From a virus (Duplodnaviria > Caudoviricetes): 29,947 bases of DNA. Below are positions 9,174 to 18,389 of this stretch, one piece after another (the first letter of the stretch is position 1; every line of letters begins with the position of its first letter). Both the position numbers and the translations under genes were made by a program. The stretch lies in the IMG/VR virus record IMGVR_UViG_3300041402_000544, positions 1-29,947 of that record. One strand, given 5' to 3'. The notes beneath the pieces were generated by a model. It was not told where the DNA came from, did no database searches, and saw nothing but the letters and a program-made list of their open reading frames with translations.

Positions 9174-11042
9174 TTACTCTCCGAATAGCTTTTTCATGTA
9201 TGCCTCAACGTCCTTTGGTAGCATACCTGTTTTATAGTTCGGATTCACGTATGTCGCAAAGGATTCTGCAAATAACTCTTTGCCGTTTGTGGCACCATAC
9301 CTTGATATAGCTTTTTCCCAGAACTCATCCCCATGTGCATTCCAAATCTTATTCCATTCCCGAGACAAACTATTATTAATGGTATCCAAAATATTTATAT
9401 GGACATGGTGTCCCAATTCGTGGCGGAAGTTCGCCATAGTACTTTCACCCATTATCCATTCACCGGGAAGTACTCCATCCGCCTGACCACTTATCAGCGC
9501 ATTGCCTCTTACTCCTAATTTTATTTCTCCAGCCTTCTTAGTCGGGGAAGGCGGTTTATAACTCCCCATTGGTTTTGCTCTACCAGGAGCCGGGATATAC
9601 GAGTCATTATAAACCCGCATCCTTAGCTTTCCCACACTTGTGTTCATACCTTTTTTAATGAAGCCATTACCACGGTTTGCTAACCGATTCATTTCATCAG
9701 CCAATGGCTCAATTACTTGTTTCTGATAATCCTTATATACGTTATAGGATCTTCCGTGTGCTTCGCCAACATCAACTATATTTAAGACGCCGTTTGACTC
9801 AAGACTTTCAGCGGCAGATACTTCCCCTACTGGTACGGGTTTAGGCGCTGTCTTGGCTGTCGTTCTTACAGGTTTTGCCTTCAACGTTTTCTTCGATAGC
9901 GCTTTTGGCTTTATGCCTTCACGGGTATCCTGCTTTAACTTCTTTCCTTGTTTACTCAGATCACCTTTTAACTCCTTGATCTGATCACTCCATTCCCGTC
10001 TTTCATTCTTAAGTGGTACGAGTGCTTTATTTATTTCCTTTTTCCGTGTGGCAGATGCACCCTTGCGCTCATCCTTTAATGCCTTAGATTTTTCTTGACT
10101 TGCCTGATGCTTTGCTTTCAGCCCATCCATTTCTGTTACGGCACCACCGATTATTGGGAACTCATCCGCCTGAGCCATTGCGTATAACTCATCATCGGTT
10201 GTCTCACCAAACTCATCGTCAAGCCATTCCTTACGGATGGGTCGCCAGTGATGCCTACAATTATAGCCTCCACGGTATTCGTAGGCCGGACCGCTTTTCC
10301 CTTGCCAGTCGTGCGTCCATGAGTCAATTTGATTTCGGGTGTATGTCTTCATGGCACGGACTTTACAGAAGTGCCTCGTCTTCCCAATAATATCACCGAC
10401 ATACAGAAACTCATTCATACCTAAATCTTCGCCCTTTTTCAGATTGAGTTCATTATGGAAATTCATAACGGCGTCGTTGGCGAACTGTTTTGTATATGCA
10501 GTCATTGGGCGTCCGCGTGCATCCACGTGTCCTGTAAGTATTCCTTCCACCGCAGTCGTAAGGGCGCTGAATCGGCCACCACTAACGACTTGCGCGTACA
10601 TCGCATCTGCAATTTGATTGGTTGCATCATCCCCAAATGCCTTAAACTGATCCCACGTGGATGCCTCAAGTGTACTGATCATGTCCTTGTCTATCGCCGT
10701 ATATGCCGCCGATTCACCGAGGTCCTTCCACGATCTTTGAATGAACCGAGATATTTGAGAGAAGTCCCCAATTACTTCATCAACTGCCATACCATATTCC
10801 TGCTCCATTATTTTCAGCAGGTCTTTATGGTTTCTCTGCGCCTGTTTTAAATTTATCTTTACACCCTCTAATCGCCCGGAGGTGTTGGTTTCCAACTGTT
10901 GCATAAGGTTTACTATACGCCGCTGTGACCCCTGAACCGCTGTCGCTAAACGCCTCTCTACCGTACCGATAGAAGTGTTTAAAAAACTATCGGTTGCATC
11001 GACGTTTTCGAGTAATTGCGTTACGCGGCTTTTAACTACCAT
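9174..11042 (-). CDS. Minor head (MuF-like) protein with C-terminal zincin metallopeptidase
   Basis: N-half has YVG...TRHFC...RGGYNCRHHW head-morphogenesis motif; Lys-rich linker; C-terminal HELGH plus ISRYGATNGKELFAESF. Confidence 0.85.
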   Translation of the reverse strand: MVVKSRVTQLLENVDATDSFLNTSIGTVERRLATAVQGSQRRIVNLMQQLETNTSGRLEGVKINLKQAQRNHKDLLKIMEQEYGMAVDEVIGDFSQISRFIQRSWKDLGESAAYTAIDKDMISTLEASTWDQFKAFGDDATNQIADAMYAQVVSGGRFSALTTAVEGILTGHVDARGRPMTAYTKQFANDAVMNFHNELNLKKGEDLGMNEFLYVGDIIGKTRHFCKVRAMKTYTRNQIDSWTHDWQGKSGPAYEYRGGYNCRHHWRPIRKEWLDDEFGETTDDELYAMAQADEFPIIGGAVTEMDGLKAKHQASQEKSKALKDERKGASATRKKEINKALVPLKNERREWSDQIKELKGDLSKQGKKLKQDTREGIKPKALSKKTLKAKPVRTTAKTAPKPVPVGEVSAAESLESNGVLNIVDVGEAHGRSYNVYKDYQKQVIEPLADEMNRLANRGNGFIKKGMNTSVGKLRMRVYNDSYIPAPGRAKPMGSYKPPSPTKKAGEIKLGVRGNALISGQADGVLPGEWIMGESTMANFRHELGHHVHINILDTINNSLSREWNKIWNAHGDEFWEKAISRYGATNGKELFAESFATYVNPNYKTGMLPKDVEAYMKKLFGE

Positions 11043-11841
11043 GAGATTTCCTTATCACTTCATGAGCAATTGCCAATGCGTCCCTTGCCTGTTGTGCTTT
11101 GCCGGAGAATCCATTTAGGAAATATAATAACTCATCCTGCAAAGTGTCGTTTTCCTTCTCCATGAAATTATAGGTCTTGCCGGCGATAGTCATCTGTGCC
11201 TTCTGATTTTTACTTACTCGCTCTACCGAAAGGTCGGCAGTTATATTATCCACAAAATGCAACCGTGTAACTGCAATAAAGTTTTTGCCTCTTTTGTCAC
11301 GCATACCACTTGCAATCACCCGATATACGCGGGATTGCGTTAAGTCAAGTAGTAAATCGATGTCGTGAATCATAAGATCCATTACAATATCCGCATCCCC
11401 CCTGCAATAGCAACCATTTGACCGTTCCATTTTCACTTTGTCAAAACTGTTTAACTCATTATGCGCTCTTAGGTAAACGCTATTAAACCGTTCCAAGTGG
11501 CCGACGTGCAGATGTAATTTATTCTCCTTAGCTTTCCGTATAAGGTAGTCAGCCTGGACCAAGGTTGTAGTCATTGGCTTTTCAACCAAAACGTGTGTCC
11601 CATTCTGAAGGAAGTGGCGTGCCACCTTATAATGACTGGCATCGTCAGTGACTACACTTACAAATTCCGCTTCCACGTTTTTATAATCATTTGTTGCGCG
11701 GCAATTTAACCGACTCGCTAAGTCCGCGGCAATCAACTGATTATGGTCACATACGGTTAACTCCACGTCTGACATCGCCGCATACTTCTCAGCATGGTAC
11801 GTTCCAAACGTGCCGACGCCTATGACTGCAACCTTTTTCAT
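11032..11841 (-). CDS. Gfo/Idh/MocA-family NAD(P)-dependent oxidoreductase
   Basis: Rossmann VAVIGVGTFG, HVLVEKP, VGHLERFN and DLMIHDID motifs. Confidence 0.92.
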   Translation of the reverse strand: MKKVAVIGVGTFGTYHAEKYAAMSDVELTVCDHNQLIAADLASRLNCRATNDYKNVEAEFVSVVTDDASHYKVARHFLQNGTHVLVEKPMTTTLVQADYLIRKAKENKLHLHVGHLERFNSVYLRAHNELNSFDKVKMERSNGCYCRGDADIVMDLMIHDIDLLLDLTQSRVYRVIASGMRDKRGKNFIAVTRLHFVDNITADLSVERVSKNQKAQMTIAGKTYNFMEKENDTLQDELLYFLNGFSGKAQQARDALAIAHEVIRKSHGS

Positions 11842-11960
11842 TCTTTACTTGGCTTCTTCTTCGTATTGCTTACAATACGGGGTCGTTTGCCACTCTTATC
11901 AATTTTAACCCATCGGCCTTTTACTTTCCTCACGGAATATTTTTGTTTTTTCCTTGGCAT
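11838..11960 (-). CDS. Small basic protein (40 aa)
   Basis: Manual translation MPRKKQKYSVRKVKGRWVKIDKSGKRPRIVSNTKKKPSKE; TAATG and ATGA overlaps couple it to both neighbours; GGAGG RBS. Confidence 0.72.
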   Translation of the reverse strand: MPRKKQKYSVRKVKGRWVKIDKSGKRPRIVSNTKKKPSKE

Positions 11961-13477
11961 TATACCTCCTCTTCTTCTTCCTCTTCTTCCGGTGCGCCGA
12001 CCTCAGTACCAAACGCGGCTCCCGGGGTTATTGGTGGTGTAGCCGGTGATGCCTCAATTTCTTCATCTATTTCTTTTATCTGATCGTCATCAGCCGCCGG
12101 GAGCATCGCGCGTGCCACGGATTTTTGAATTGCCTCATTAAATTTCTTTGACTTCACTATCGTTTGTGCAGTCAGTGCATTTTCAAGGTCTGAGGCAAGG
12201 TTTTCCACATCATAGGTGCGGCTCCGCTCTATACTTATGTCTGCAATTATATTTTTATAGTCCTGCTCTTCCCACCGCAACCAATATTCGATAATTTGCT
12301 CTTCGGCTTTTTCAAGGTTCGTTGCCTTGCGGACAAGATTAGCATTGAGCAATTGGAACTCTGCTTTAAGCGCCGCACCACTTTTCGCTTCCGTCGATAT
12401 TTCAGTACTCGCCATTCCACCGGCATTTACGGCTCTATAAATTTCTTGCACCTTGCGTGCTATCCATCCCAGTATTGCATCAATTGGCTCTGCCACCTTT
12501 GCCTCAAGCCAGTCCGGTTTACTCTCCGGATGGTTCGGGTCAAACTCAAGGATTGCAGTTACCGCCGCGTGATCTTCTTTCGCGGGTACTTGTGCGCCAT
12601 CTGGGTGGGATTCCTTCATTGGCTTCCGCATCATCGGAAATGCGGCATAAGTAATTACTTCTTCTCCTTCGCTTAGATTGCTTAATATAGATACGTCTAT
12701 ACGGGCGACATCATGGATATCACTCATACCGATAGGCCGTTTTTTACTTCGCAGGTTTTGCAACCATACAAACGGAATCTCCCCAATTGGATTATCTCCT
12801 TCAAGAACCATTAGCGCGTCTGAATCATCCTTAATTTTTTGATCGTCAGTTTCCAACGGTATTTCCCATACTTCAAAATGATCAGTCCACCAGAGCCGGT
12901 ATTGCACAACGTCTTCATCCGAGTCATCCAGTAATTTAAGGTATGCCAAATACGGTCGGTTGTTGTCATCCCGTTTATATTCCCAGTCCAGTATAGCCGT
13001 GGGAAAATAACTCGCCACATACGGATAAACACCTTGCTCCAATTGCTCCTTGCGGTTTTCGAACGTTACAGACGCCTTATCTACAAGGATCCCCATGTGT
13101 CCTTCAATTGAGGCATAGCGCCCCTGCTCTGTTAAGAAATTATCAAAGTCATCCCCATATAGATTGCAGTCTTTCATGAATGCTGTCCATAACTCATCTC
13201 CTTTAAGGGTTGCCATATCTCGCTTTACAGGCTTTTTAAATAGGTAGAAATTAAAAAGGTCTACTACACTCTTTGAATAACTGAATCCGTATGCCTCACT
13301 TTTACGTCTGGCATAATTGGTATCGCTTTCCCGTTCATTTTGCCTCAGGTATCCAAGGCGCACTAATTCTTTCGCGCCCTCATAACTCGCCATTAGAAAA
13401 AACCACTCGGGTGCATTTGCCCGATACAAAATGTGTGTTCCCCTCAGATCACCGACCGTTAATTGCTCCTTTGGCAT
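11960..13477 (-). CDS. Portal protein
   Basis: 505 aa downstream of terminase; RESDTNYARRK, NPIGEIPFV and KSGAALK motifs of SPP1-like/DUF4055 portals; acidic tail. Confidence 0.88.
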   Translation of the reverse strand: MPKEQLTVGDLRGTHILYRANAPEWFFLMASYEGAKELVRLGYLRQNERESDTNYARRKSEAYGFSYSKSVVDLFNFYLFKKPVKRDMATLKGDELWTAFMKDCNLYGDDFDNFLTEQGRYASIEGHMGILVDKASVTFENRKEQLEQGVYPYVASYFPTAILDWEYKRDDNNRPYLAYLKLLDDSDEDVVQYRLWWTDHFEVWEIPLETDDQKIKDDSDALMVLEGDNPIGEIPFVWLQNLRSKKRPIGMSDIHDVARIDVSILSNLSEGEEVITYAAFPMMRKPMKESHPDGAQVPAKEDHAAVTAILEFDPNHPESKPDWLEAKVAEPIDAILGWIARKVQEIYRAVNAGGMASTEISTEAKSGAALKAEFQLLNANLVRKATNLEKAEEQIIEYWLRWEEQDYKNIIADISIERSRTYDVENLASDLENALTAQTIVKSKKFNEAIQKSVARAMLPAADDDQIKEIDEEIEASPATPPITPGAAFGTEVGAPEEEEEEEEV

Positions 13478-13496
13478 TTACTTTACTCCTTAAGAA

Positions 13497-13661
13497 TTAT
13501 CGTCGTCTTTGACTAAGGATTATTGCGGTGTGCATGGCATTTGCCTTTTTTTTACTACCGAAGCATTTGATTACTGTTCCAACTGGTTTGTCGCGTTTGC
13601 TTCCCGGCTTCCTGGGATGCCCATGGACAACTCACCACTTGCCTCCGCGTTTTCTAATCAT
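13497..13661 (-). CDS. Small basic protein with in-frame TGA at codon 10 (selenocysteine, readthrough or pseudogene)
   Basis: MIRKRGGKW*VVHGHPRKPGSKRDKPVGTVIKCFGSKKKANAMHTAIILSQRRR fills the gap before the portal; TGA at 13634-13632. Confidence 0.55.
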
Positions 13662-13694
13662 TTGCCGCCGACCTTTTGGAATACATTATAGGTT

Positions 13695-14027
13695 TTACTC
13701 CTCTTCGTTTTCGTTATCCCCAAATATATCAACACCGTCCATATATAAATCAAGTATATGAGATAAGCGCTTGACCATTCCCATTAAGGATACTACATGA
13801 TCTTCGCCGAAAAAATAGTATTGCGTTACAATGTCTTTATCGGTTGCGGGTTTATCTTCCTCTTTTCCAAATGTAGATATTTCGCCGCTACCGTCCTTTT
13901 GCAATATAACTGCAAAATTCCTTATCTGCTTATTCCGAATAGCTTCAATTATATCATTTAGCGTACCTATGGAACCGCCCTCTTCAAAGAGCTGGACAAC
14001 TTTTTCTTTTTGCTTTACTTGCGCCAT
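13695..14027 (-). CDS. Hypothetical protein
   Basis: 110 aa in operon context, AAGGA RBS. Confidence 0.75.
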   Translation of the reverse strand: MAQVKQKEKVVQLFEEGGSIGTLNDIIEAIRNKQIRNFAVILQKDGSGEISTFGKEEDKPATDKDIVTQYYFFGEDHVVSLMGMVKRLSHILDLYMDGVDIFGDNENEEE

Positions 14028-14218
14028 ATCTTTTCCTTTGGATGGTGCTTTTTGAGTAAATGCAGAATATGCCTCTCATTGCCGTTCTTAGGCACATAGT
14101 CCATTTCCAAATCAAAGCGTTCAGGGGCAAACACCGCAGTCACCTGCAAACTAAGGGATCGCCGCATTGACTCATAATCATTTACCTGATATATGCCTGC
14201 AAATTGCTTCATTTCCAA
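14015..14218 (-). CDS. Hypothetical protein
   Basis: 67 aa overlapping the TerL stop and the next start. Confidence 0.6.
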   Translation of the reverse strand: MEMKQFAGIYQVNDYESMRRSLSLQVTAVFAPERFDLEMDYVPKNGNERHILHLLKKHHPKEKIWRK

Positions 14219-15576
14219 TGTATATCCCCACTTGGCACATACTTCACCACGGGATATTCCCTGTGGATGTAGTATCCAACGCTGTCTGTTAAATGAGTCA
14301 ACATCTGATCGCGTTTTTTATCAATTTCTCCTGTTCCGCCTTCTATAACACGCACGCCCTCGAAGTCTTTAATGGTATTGGTACATGAGGCATCCACACC
14401 CAGATACGTCTCATTATACATATTAAACAAACGACTGTTCATACTATTAACACGGACACGTTCGCGCGGATTTGCATTTGGAACTTTCCAATGTAGGCGT
14501 GCGCCAAAGTGTGGAGTCAAAACCTTTTTGACTAAATCCCAGTCGCTTCCTTCTACTTTCGCTGATCCACCGGCTCCACCAGTTGCATCACCGTATATAA
14601 ACACTTCTCCTTTGTGCTTTCCCCAGTCATGTAGCAATTTTTTGCAGACACGGATCGTGTTGCTATTGCGCGGTATGAATACTTCGCCAATGACAGCGGT
14701 GGTTGTACGCCCGACAAGAGGCGTTTGATGCCTGTAGAACCGCTTCATCTCTTGGATTATAGTTGCTACTCCGGGTGATTCATTAAAATCAAGCGCAAAA
14801 ACAAGTGGTCTTTGTGGATCGTAGTCTTTTAGCCATCTGCCTACATTGCGGTTATCGGAAAAATTGTAATATGCCATCCCAGCGAACATTACGAACGATC
14901 CTTCAAATTCCTGCTTATAAGTTAACTCATCAAGATCGCGTTTGGCTTGTGCAATTTCTTCGGCATCCAGTATGTCCGCGCTGAACCAATGGTAATATCC
15001 CCATGTACCTGAGTCATCCGCTTGGGCATATTTGGCTAAATCGTAGTAATGGTTACGTCCTTCTGGAACACCTATAAAATCACAACTACCTTTTCGGTCT
15101 GCAAGTGCCGGTCTGACGTGCTCCCGCCACGTCTGTGCTTTCATATTGCCAATTTCATCAAGGCATCCGTGATCCCACGGCGTCCCCTCAATACGTTCTG
15201 GCTTGTCCATGCCTAAAACGTGTATTTCACTCCCGTTTATTAAAGGTATAAAAAGATGGGATTCACTCGGTGAGCCATAGATGAAATTCTTTGGAACCAT
15301 TTTCTTTAGATCAGACCAATAGATGCGCTTTGCTTGGTCGCGTGTAGGTGCCGCCGCAAACACTCGGCAATCTGGGTAATTACTTCCCTTCATTGCCTTT
15401 AAAACTAACTTCCTCTTTCCGCATATTTCAGTTTTACCAGAACGGCGACCGGCTGGAACCACATTAAAACGGGAAGTGGACGCCCATAGAGCCGCTTGAG
15501 TAGGGTGATACCGCAGGGGATACCACCTTTTCCGAGTCAATTCCATTGCATTTATGGTTGGATGCTGTTTAGTCAT
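14209..15576 (-). CDS. terL: Terminase large subunit
   Basis: Walker A AGRRSGKT, APTRDQAK, Walker B LDE, coupling motif GVPEG, YKQEFEGSF, nuclease ALDFN and HLTDSVGY. Confidence 0.95.
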   Translation of the reverse strand: MTKQHPTINAMELTRKRWYPLRYHPTQAALWASTSRFNVVPAGRRSGKTEICGKRKLVLKAMKGSNYPDCRVFAAAPTRDQAKRIYWSDLKKMVPKNFIYGSPSESHLFIPLINGSEIHVLGMDKPERIEGTPWDHGCLDEIGNMKAQTWREHVRPALADRKGSCDFIGVPEGRNHYYDLAKYAQADDSGTWGYYHWFSADILDAEEIAQAKRDLDELTYKQEFEGSFVMFAGMAYYNFSDNRNVGRWLKDYDPQRPLVFALDFNESPGVATIIQEMKRFYRHQTPLVGRTTTAVIGEVFIPRNSNTIRVCKKLLHDWGKHKGEVFIYGDATGGAGGSAKVEGSDWDLVKKVLTPHFGARLHWKVPNANPRERVRVNSMNSRLFNMYNETYLGVDASCTNTIKDFEGVRVIEGGTGEIDKKRDQMLTHLTDSVGYYIHREYPVVKYVPSGDIHWK

Positions 15577-15877
15577 CGTCCTTTGGCACTATTAAAGGTA
15601 ATTTGCAAATGTCATACATCCAATAATCTTCCCGGCCATCGTACTTCTTACATAACTCAGGCCTCTTTTCATAAATTTCGCATCCGTGCGCCTTTAAGTG
15701 TTGGCACGTTTGGGGAACCATGACTGCAATCCGGGTTCCAAGGTTTTCATCCCTGACGATGCACCCTCTTACCTCATAAAATTCTTTAAATGCCTTTTTA
15801 TCTGGTACATCCAGTACGAAAGTTACCCATTGACAGCATTCCTGACATCCTATGCACACTTCCTGATCCGGTGTCAT
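15569..15877 (-). CDS. YkgJ-like CxxCxxCC Zn/Fe-S cluster protein
   Basis: CIGCQECC...CQHL...CEIYEKRPELCKKY signature. Confidence 0.85.
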   Translation of the reverse strand: MTPDQEVCIGCQECCQWVTFVLDVPDKKAFKEFYEVRGCIVRDENLGTRIAVMVPQTCQHLKAHGCEIYEKRPELCKKYDGREDYWMYDICKLPLIVPKDDD

Positions 15878-16413
15878 ACGGTTGTCTCCTCTTCACCGTT
15901 AACTGGTACGCTTTCCCACAATTCATCTGTTGCCGCCTTTATCTCAGCGGCTAATTCTTCAGGGGTTTTCTTCTGTAATTCATCCACGCTTTCCCTGCCG
16001 TATTCATCCTTGTGTCGACGTTCCAAGTACCATGCCGCCGCTTGCCAAACTGGAGCCTTTGTAGTTACTTTACGACTTATGGTATGTCCCTTTGGAGACG
16101 TTTCAATTCGGGTTTCCGTAACCTTATAATTGCCTTTGGCTACTTTACGGATCACACGCAATGCCTCGCGCTCGTGGTCTGCCTGGATTGTTTTGATTGT
16201 CTTGCGGAATGTTGCATGGATTGGATGCGCGTCTGGGTTCCTACCTTTAATCATCCAGTCGCGATAAGTTTTGCGGTTTATACCGGCAAGCTCAGCGGCA
16301 CGAGTTATTGGTAATCGTGCGCGAAGTGCTTCGTATATCAGGTTGCGTAATTTCCTATTAAACTTTGACGCGGGAGGTATTCGACGCCTTGTGATTATGC
16401 GCCTTTGTCTCAT
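15874..16413 (-). CDS. Terminase small subunit-like HTH protein
   Basis: HTH AAELAGINRKTYRDW and WQAAAWYLERR motif; upstream of terL. Start uncertain (ATG 16413 chosen; ORF track extends to TTG 16500). Confidence 0.72.
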   Translation of the reverse strand: MRQRRIITRRRIPPASKFNRKLRNLIYEALRARLPITRAAELAGINRKTYRDWMIKGRNPDAHPIHATFRKTIKTIQADHEREALRVIRKVAKGNYKVTETRIETSPKGHTISRKVTTKAPVWQAAAWYLERRHKDEYGRESVDELQKKTPEELAAEIKAATDELWESVPVNGEEETTV

Positions 16414-16594
16414 TTGCCTTAAACCATTTTTCCCTTTTCCTTTGTTATAGTTAACTGCTAAATTGGGAACACTATATAATATGCGCGGTTTATAGCGCAA
16501 GCTATATTCCTTGCATTTCCCAGTATTGCCAGTATTCGCCTGACTTAATTAGGCCAGAGCCCTTTTTAGTGTTACATTTGGGGCGCTTGCCAAG

Positions 16595-17240
16595 TCCCTC
16601 CTGGTAGGGGATTTAGCGGAGTTAGGAGCACGCTACTTCCCTGCTATACGGGGATATAGGGACATTGCGTGTAGAACGCCTATCTACGGTGATAGTGTCT
16701 GGTTGCCTGTAAACCCCTATGGACAGGGGATAGTGGTTCGTGGCTAAGTGCCTGTAATCATTAGGGAATGTGTAGCACCGTAAACCACCTCCCTGAGTCC
16801 CCTATATCCGTACGTTTACAGGCGTAGATAGGTGTCCCTAAAACCCCTGTAATCCCTTGGTATCCGTGGGGCGCTATGTGTGTAGATCGGCGTAGATAGG
16901 GGGATCACAGGCACGATTATACCGAATAGGCCAATAGGCCGAAAACGGCCATTTTTGGGGACTCCAGAGGCCATCTACCTTATCCCTTACCCTCCGTGCA
17001 TCTACGGCAGTTTTTAATGGCCGCAATCCCTTCGTATTAGGGGATCTCGTGTGAACCCCTGAAAAACCCCTTTACAGGCGGATTATTCCGGTTAGCTATA
17101 TATATAGTTGAATAGTCCATTCACCCGACTTTGTGTCTGTAGATCCCCGGTATCCGGGGGACTACGCGGCGGGTGCGGCGGGTACGCCGGTTTGCCCTAA
17201 ATACCTGTTTTGATAAGGAATAATCCTTGTATTGCAAGGT
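16595..17240. repeat. Dispersed imperfect palindromes, 17-bp core TCCC-N9-GGG(A/G)
   Basis: Cores at 16595-16611, 16638-16654, 16714-16730, 17027-17043, 17144-17160 and a weaker one at 17224-17240; some flanked by CTGTARA. Confidence 0.65.
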
Positions 17241-17591
17241 GTATGTGTTAGTATATATATAGGGGGTCAGTTACCAGTGACCGCCGGTTTTGGCTGGATG
17301 CAAGGTGTCCGGTAAATGCCGCACAAAAACTCTGGTAGGTTCTTTGGTATAACGGCGTCGGTTGGTTTTCAATAGTAAAGGTTGCGATTGCTGTCCCGGT
17401 ATAAAAGCCTGCATTTAATTGCAAGGGAATTCCGGAAAGCAATACTTGGGATTGAAATAAAAACCGTCTGACCATTTAACTTTATAAGCGCTTTGCTTAT
17501 TTCAGAAAGCGCTTTGCGAACTCCTTGCCGTTTAAACTGAAAACATACTTTCGGATAATATACCTTCCGGTCAAAAGAAGTCACTTCGGTT

Positions 17592-17620
17592 TTTACAATG
17601 TTTATTTTCGCGGCTAAAGT
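17592..17620 (+). promoter_or_regulatory. Candidate sigma70 promoter for early transcript
   Basis: TTTACA-17 bp-TAAAGT; a TATAAT also occurs at 17680-17685 without a good -35. Confidence 0.35.
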
Positions 17621-17959
17621 TATTTAGGATTGCCTTGGATGAAAGTTCTCCCAGTTAAATCTGGTGGTTTAACTTTAACTATAATGGCGTGGAGTGGGAA
17701 CAAAGCGCCAAGGATCAAAAGGCAAATTGTGCCCGATACCTTAAAAGTTAATTTACCATACTTCATCGAATCTGTGTTGTAAAGTCAGCCACGTTTCCTA
17801 AACCCGTTAACTATCAGGTGCCAAGTTAACCGCCTTGAATCACGTCTGCATTAAGTGTGCTAAGTAAAGGCGCGACACCATAACGGACATACCACTTTGA
17901 ATAAACATAGTAAAAGCGCAGGGACGTGCATAGCTTCTAATCCTCCTCCTTTAAATGAA

Positions 17960-18034
17960 GCCGAAACCACTTGTGCCTTTCGGGGCGCAAGTGGTATGCC
18001 ATCCATGGCAGGATGGTACTGATGAGGCAAGCTA
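17960..18034 (+). ncRNA. Type II hammerhead ribozyme HH1
   Basis: GCC GAAA; stem III CCACTTGTGCC/GGCGCAAGTGG; GUA site (cleavage 3' of 17996); stem I TGCCATCC/GGATGGTA; CTGATGA 18019-25; GGC; loop TGGC pairs with tail GCTA. Confidence 0.93.
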
Positions 18035-18061
18035 ATAACTAATTTAATGGAGGGTACTACA

Positions 18062-18277
18062 ATGACAAAAGCAAGAATGGGAAAAGAGTTTGAAAAAGCC
18101 GTTATGCGTTTAAGCAACATCGAAAACAAGTTTGCAGGCAATGAAGACAAGATTTTTCAACATATTATGCTTCGTGCCGACCGCATGACCAAAATTGAAA
18201 AACTTAAAATCTGGAAAAAGGTTCTGTGGCAGATGGGTCACCGTAAAGCCGCAAATTTCATTATGGTCGATATGTAA
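18062..18277 (+). CDS. Hypothetical early protein
   Basis: GGAGG RBS precedes ATG 18062 (ORF track starts 18047); bracketed by HH1 and HH2. Confidence 0.8.
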   Translation: MTKARMGKEFEKAVMRLSNIENKFAGNEDKIFQHIMLRADRMTKIEKLKIWKKVLWQMGHRKAANFIMVDM

Positions 18278-18279
18278 AA

Positions 18280-18360
18280 GCCGAAACGTGCCGGTCTCTG
18301 GAATACAGGGACTTGCGCGTATGCCGCATTTGACAACGCGGTACTGATGAGGCAAGTCAA
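18280..18360 (+). ncRNA. Type II hammerhead ribozyme HH2
   Basis: GCC GAAA; GUA site (3' of 18321); stem I TGCCGC/GCGGTA; CTGATGA 18344-50; loop TTGAC pairs with tail GTCAA. Confidence 0.93.
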
Positions 18361-18389
18361 CCCATTAATTACTTAAAGGAGGATTAAAT

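Noticed and set aside
9694-12093. Minus-strand CTGATGA occurrences near 9694 and 12087
   Set aside because: They lie inside coding sequence without the flanking stems, GAAA arrangement or pseudoknot.
4-16314. Plus-strand ORFs across the structural arm
   Set aside because: Antisense shadows of well-supported minus-strand genes.
17248-17584. Two short minus-strand ORFs in the divergent region
   Set aside because: Overlapping, no convincing RBS and no recognisable motifs; cannot be supported, though not excluded.
16501-17959. tRNA or rRNA genes
   Set aside because: No cloverleaf with T-loop and D-loop consensus found by eye; tRNAscan was not run.
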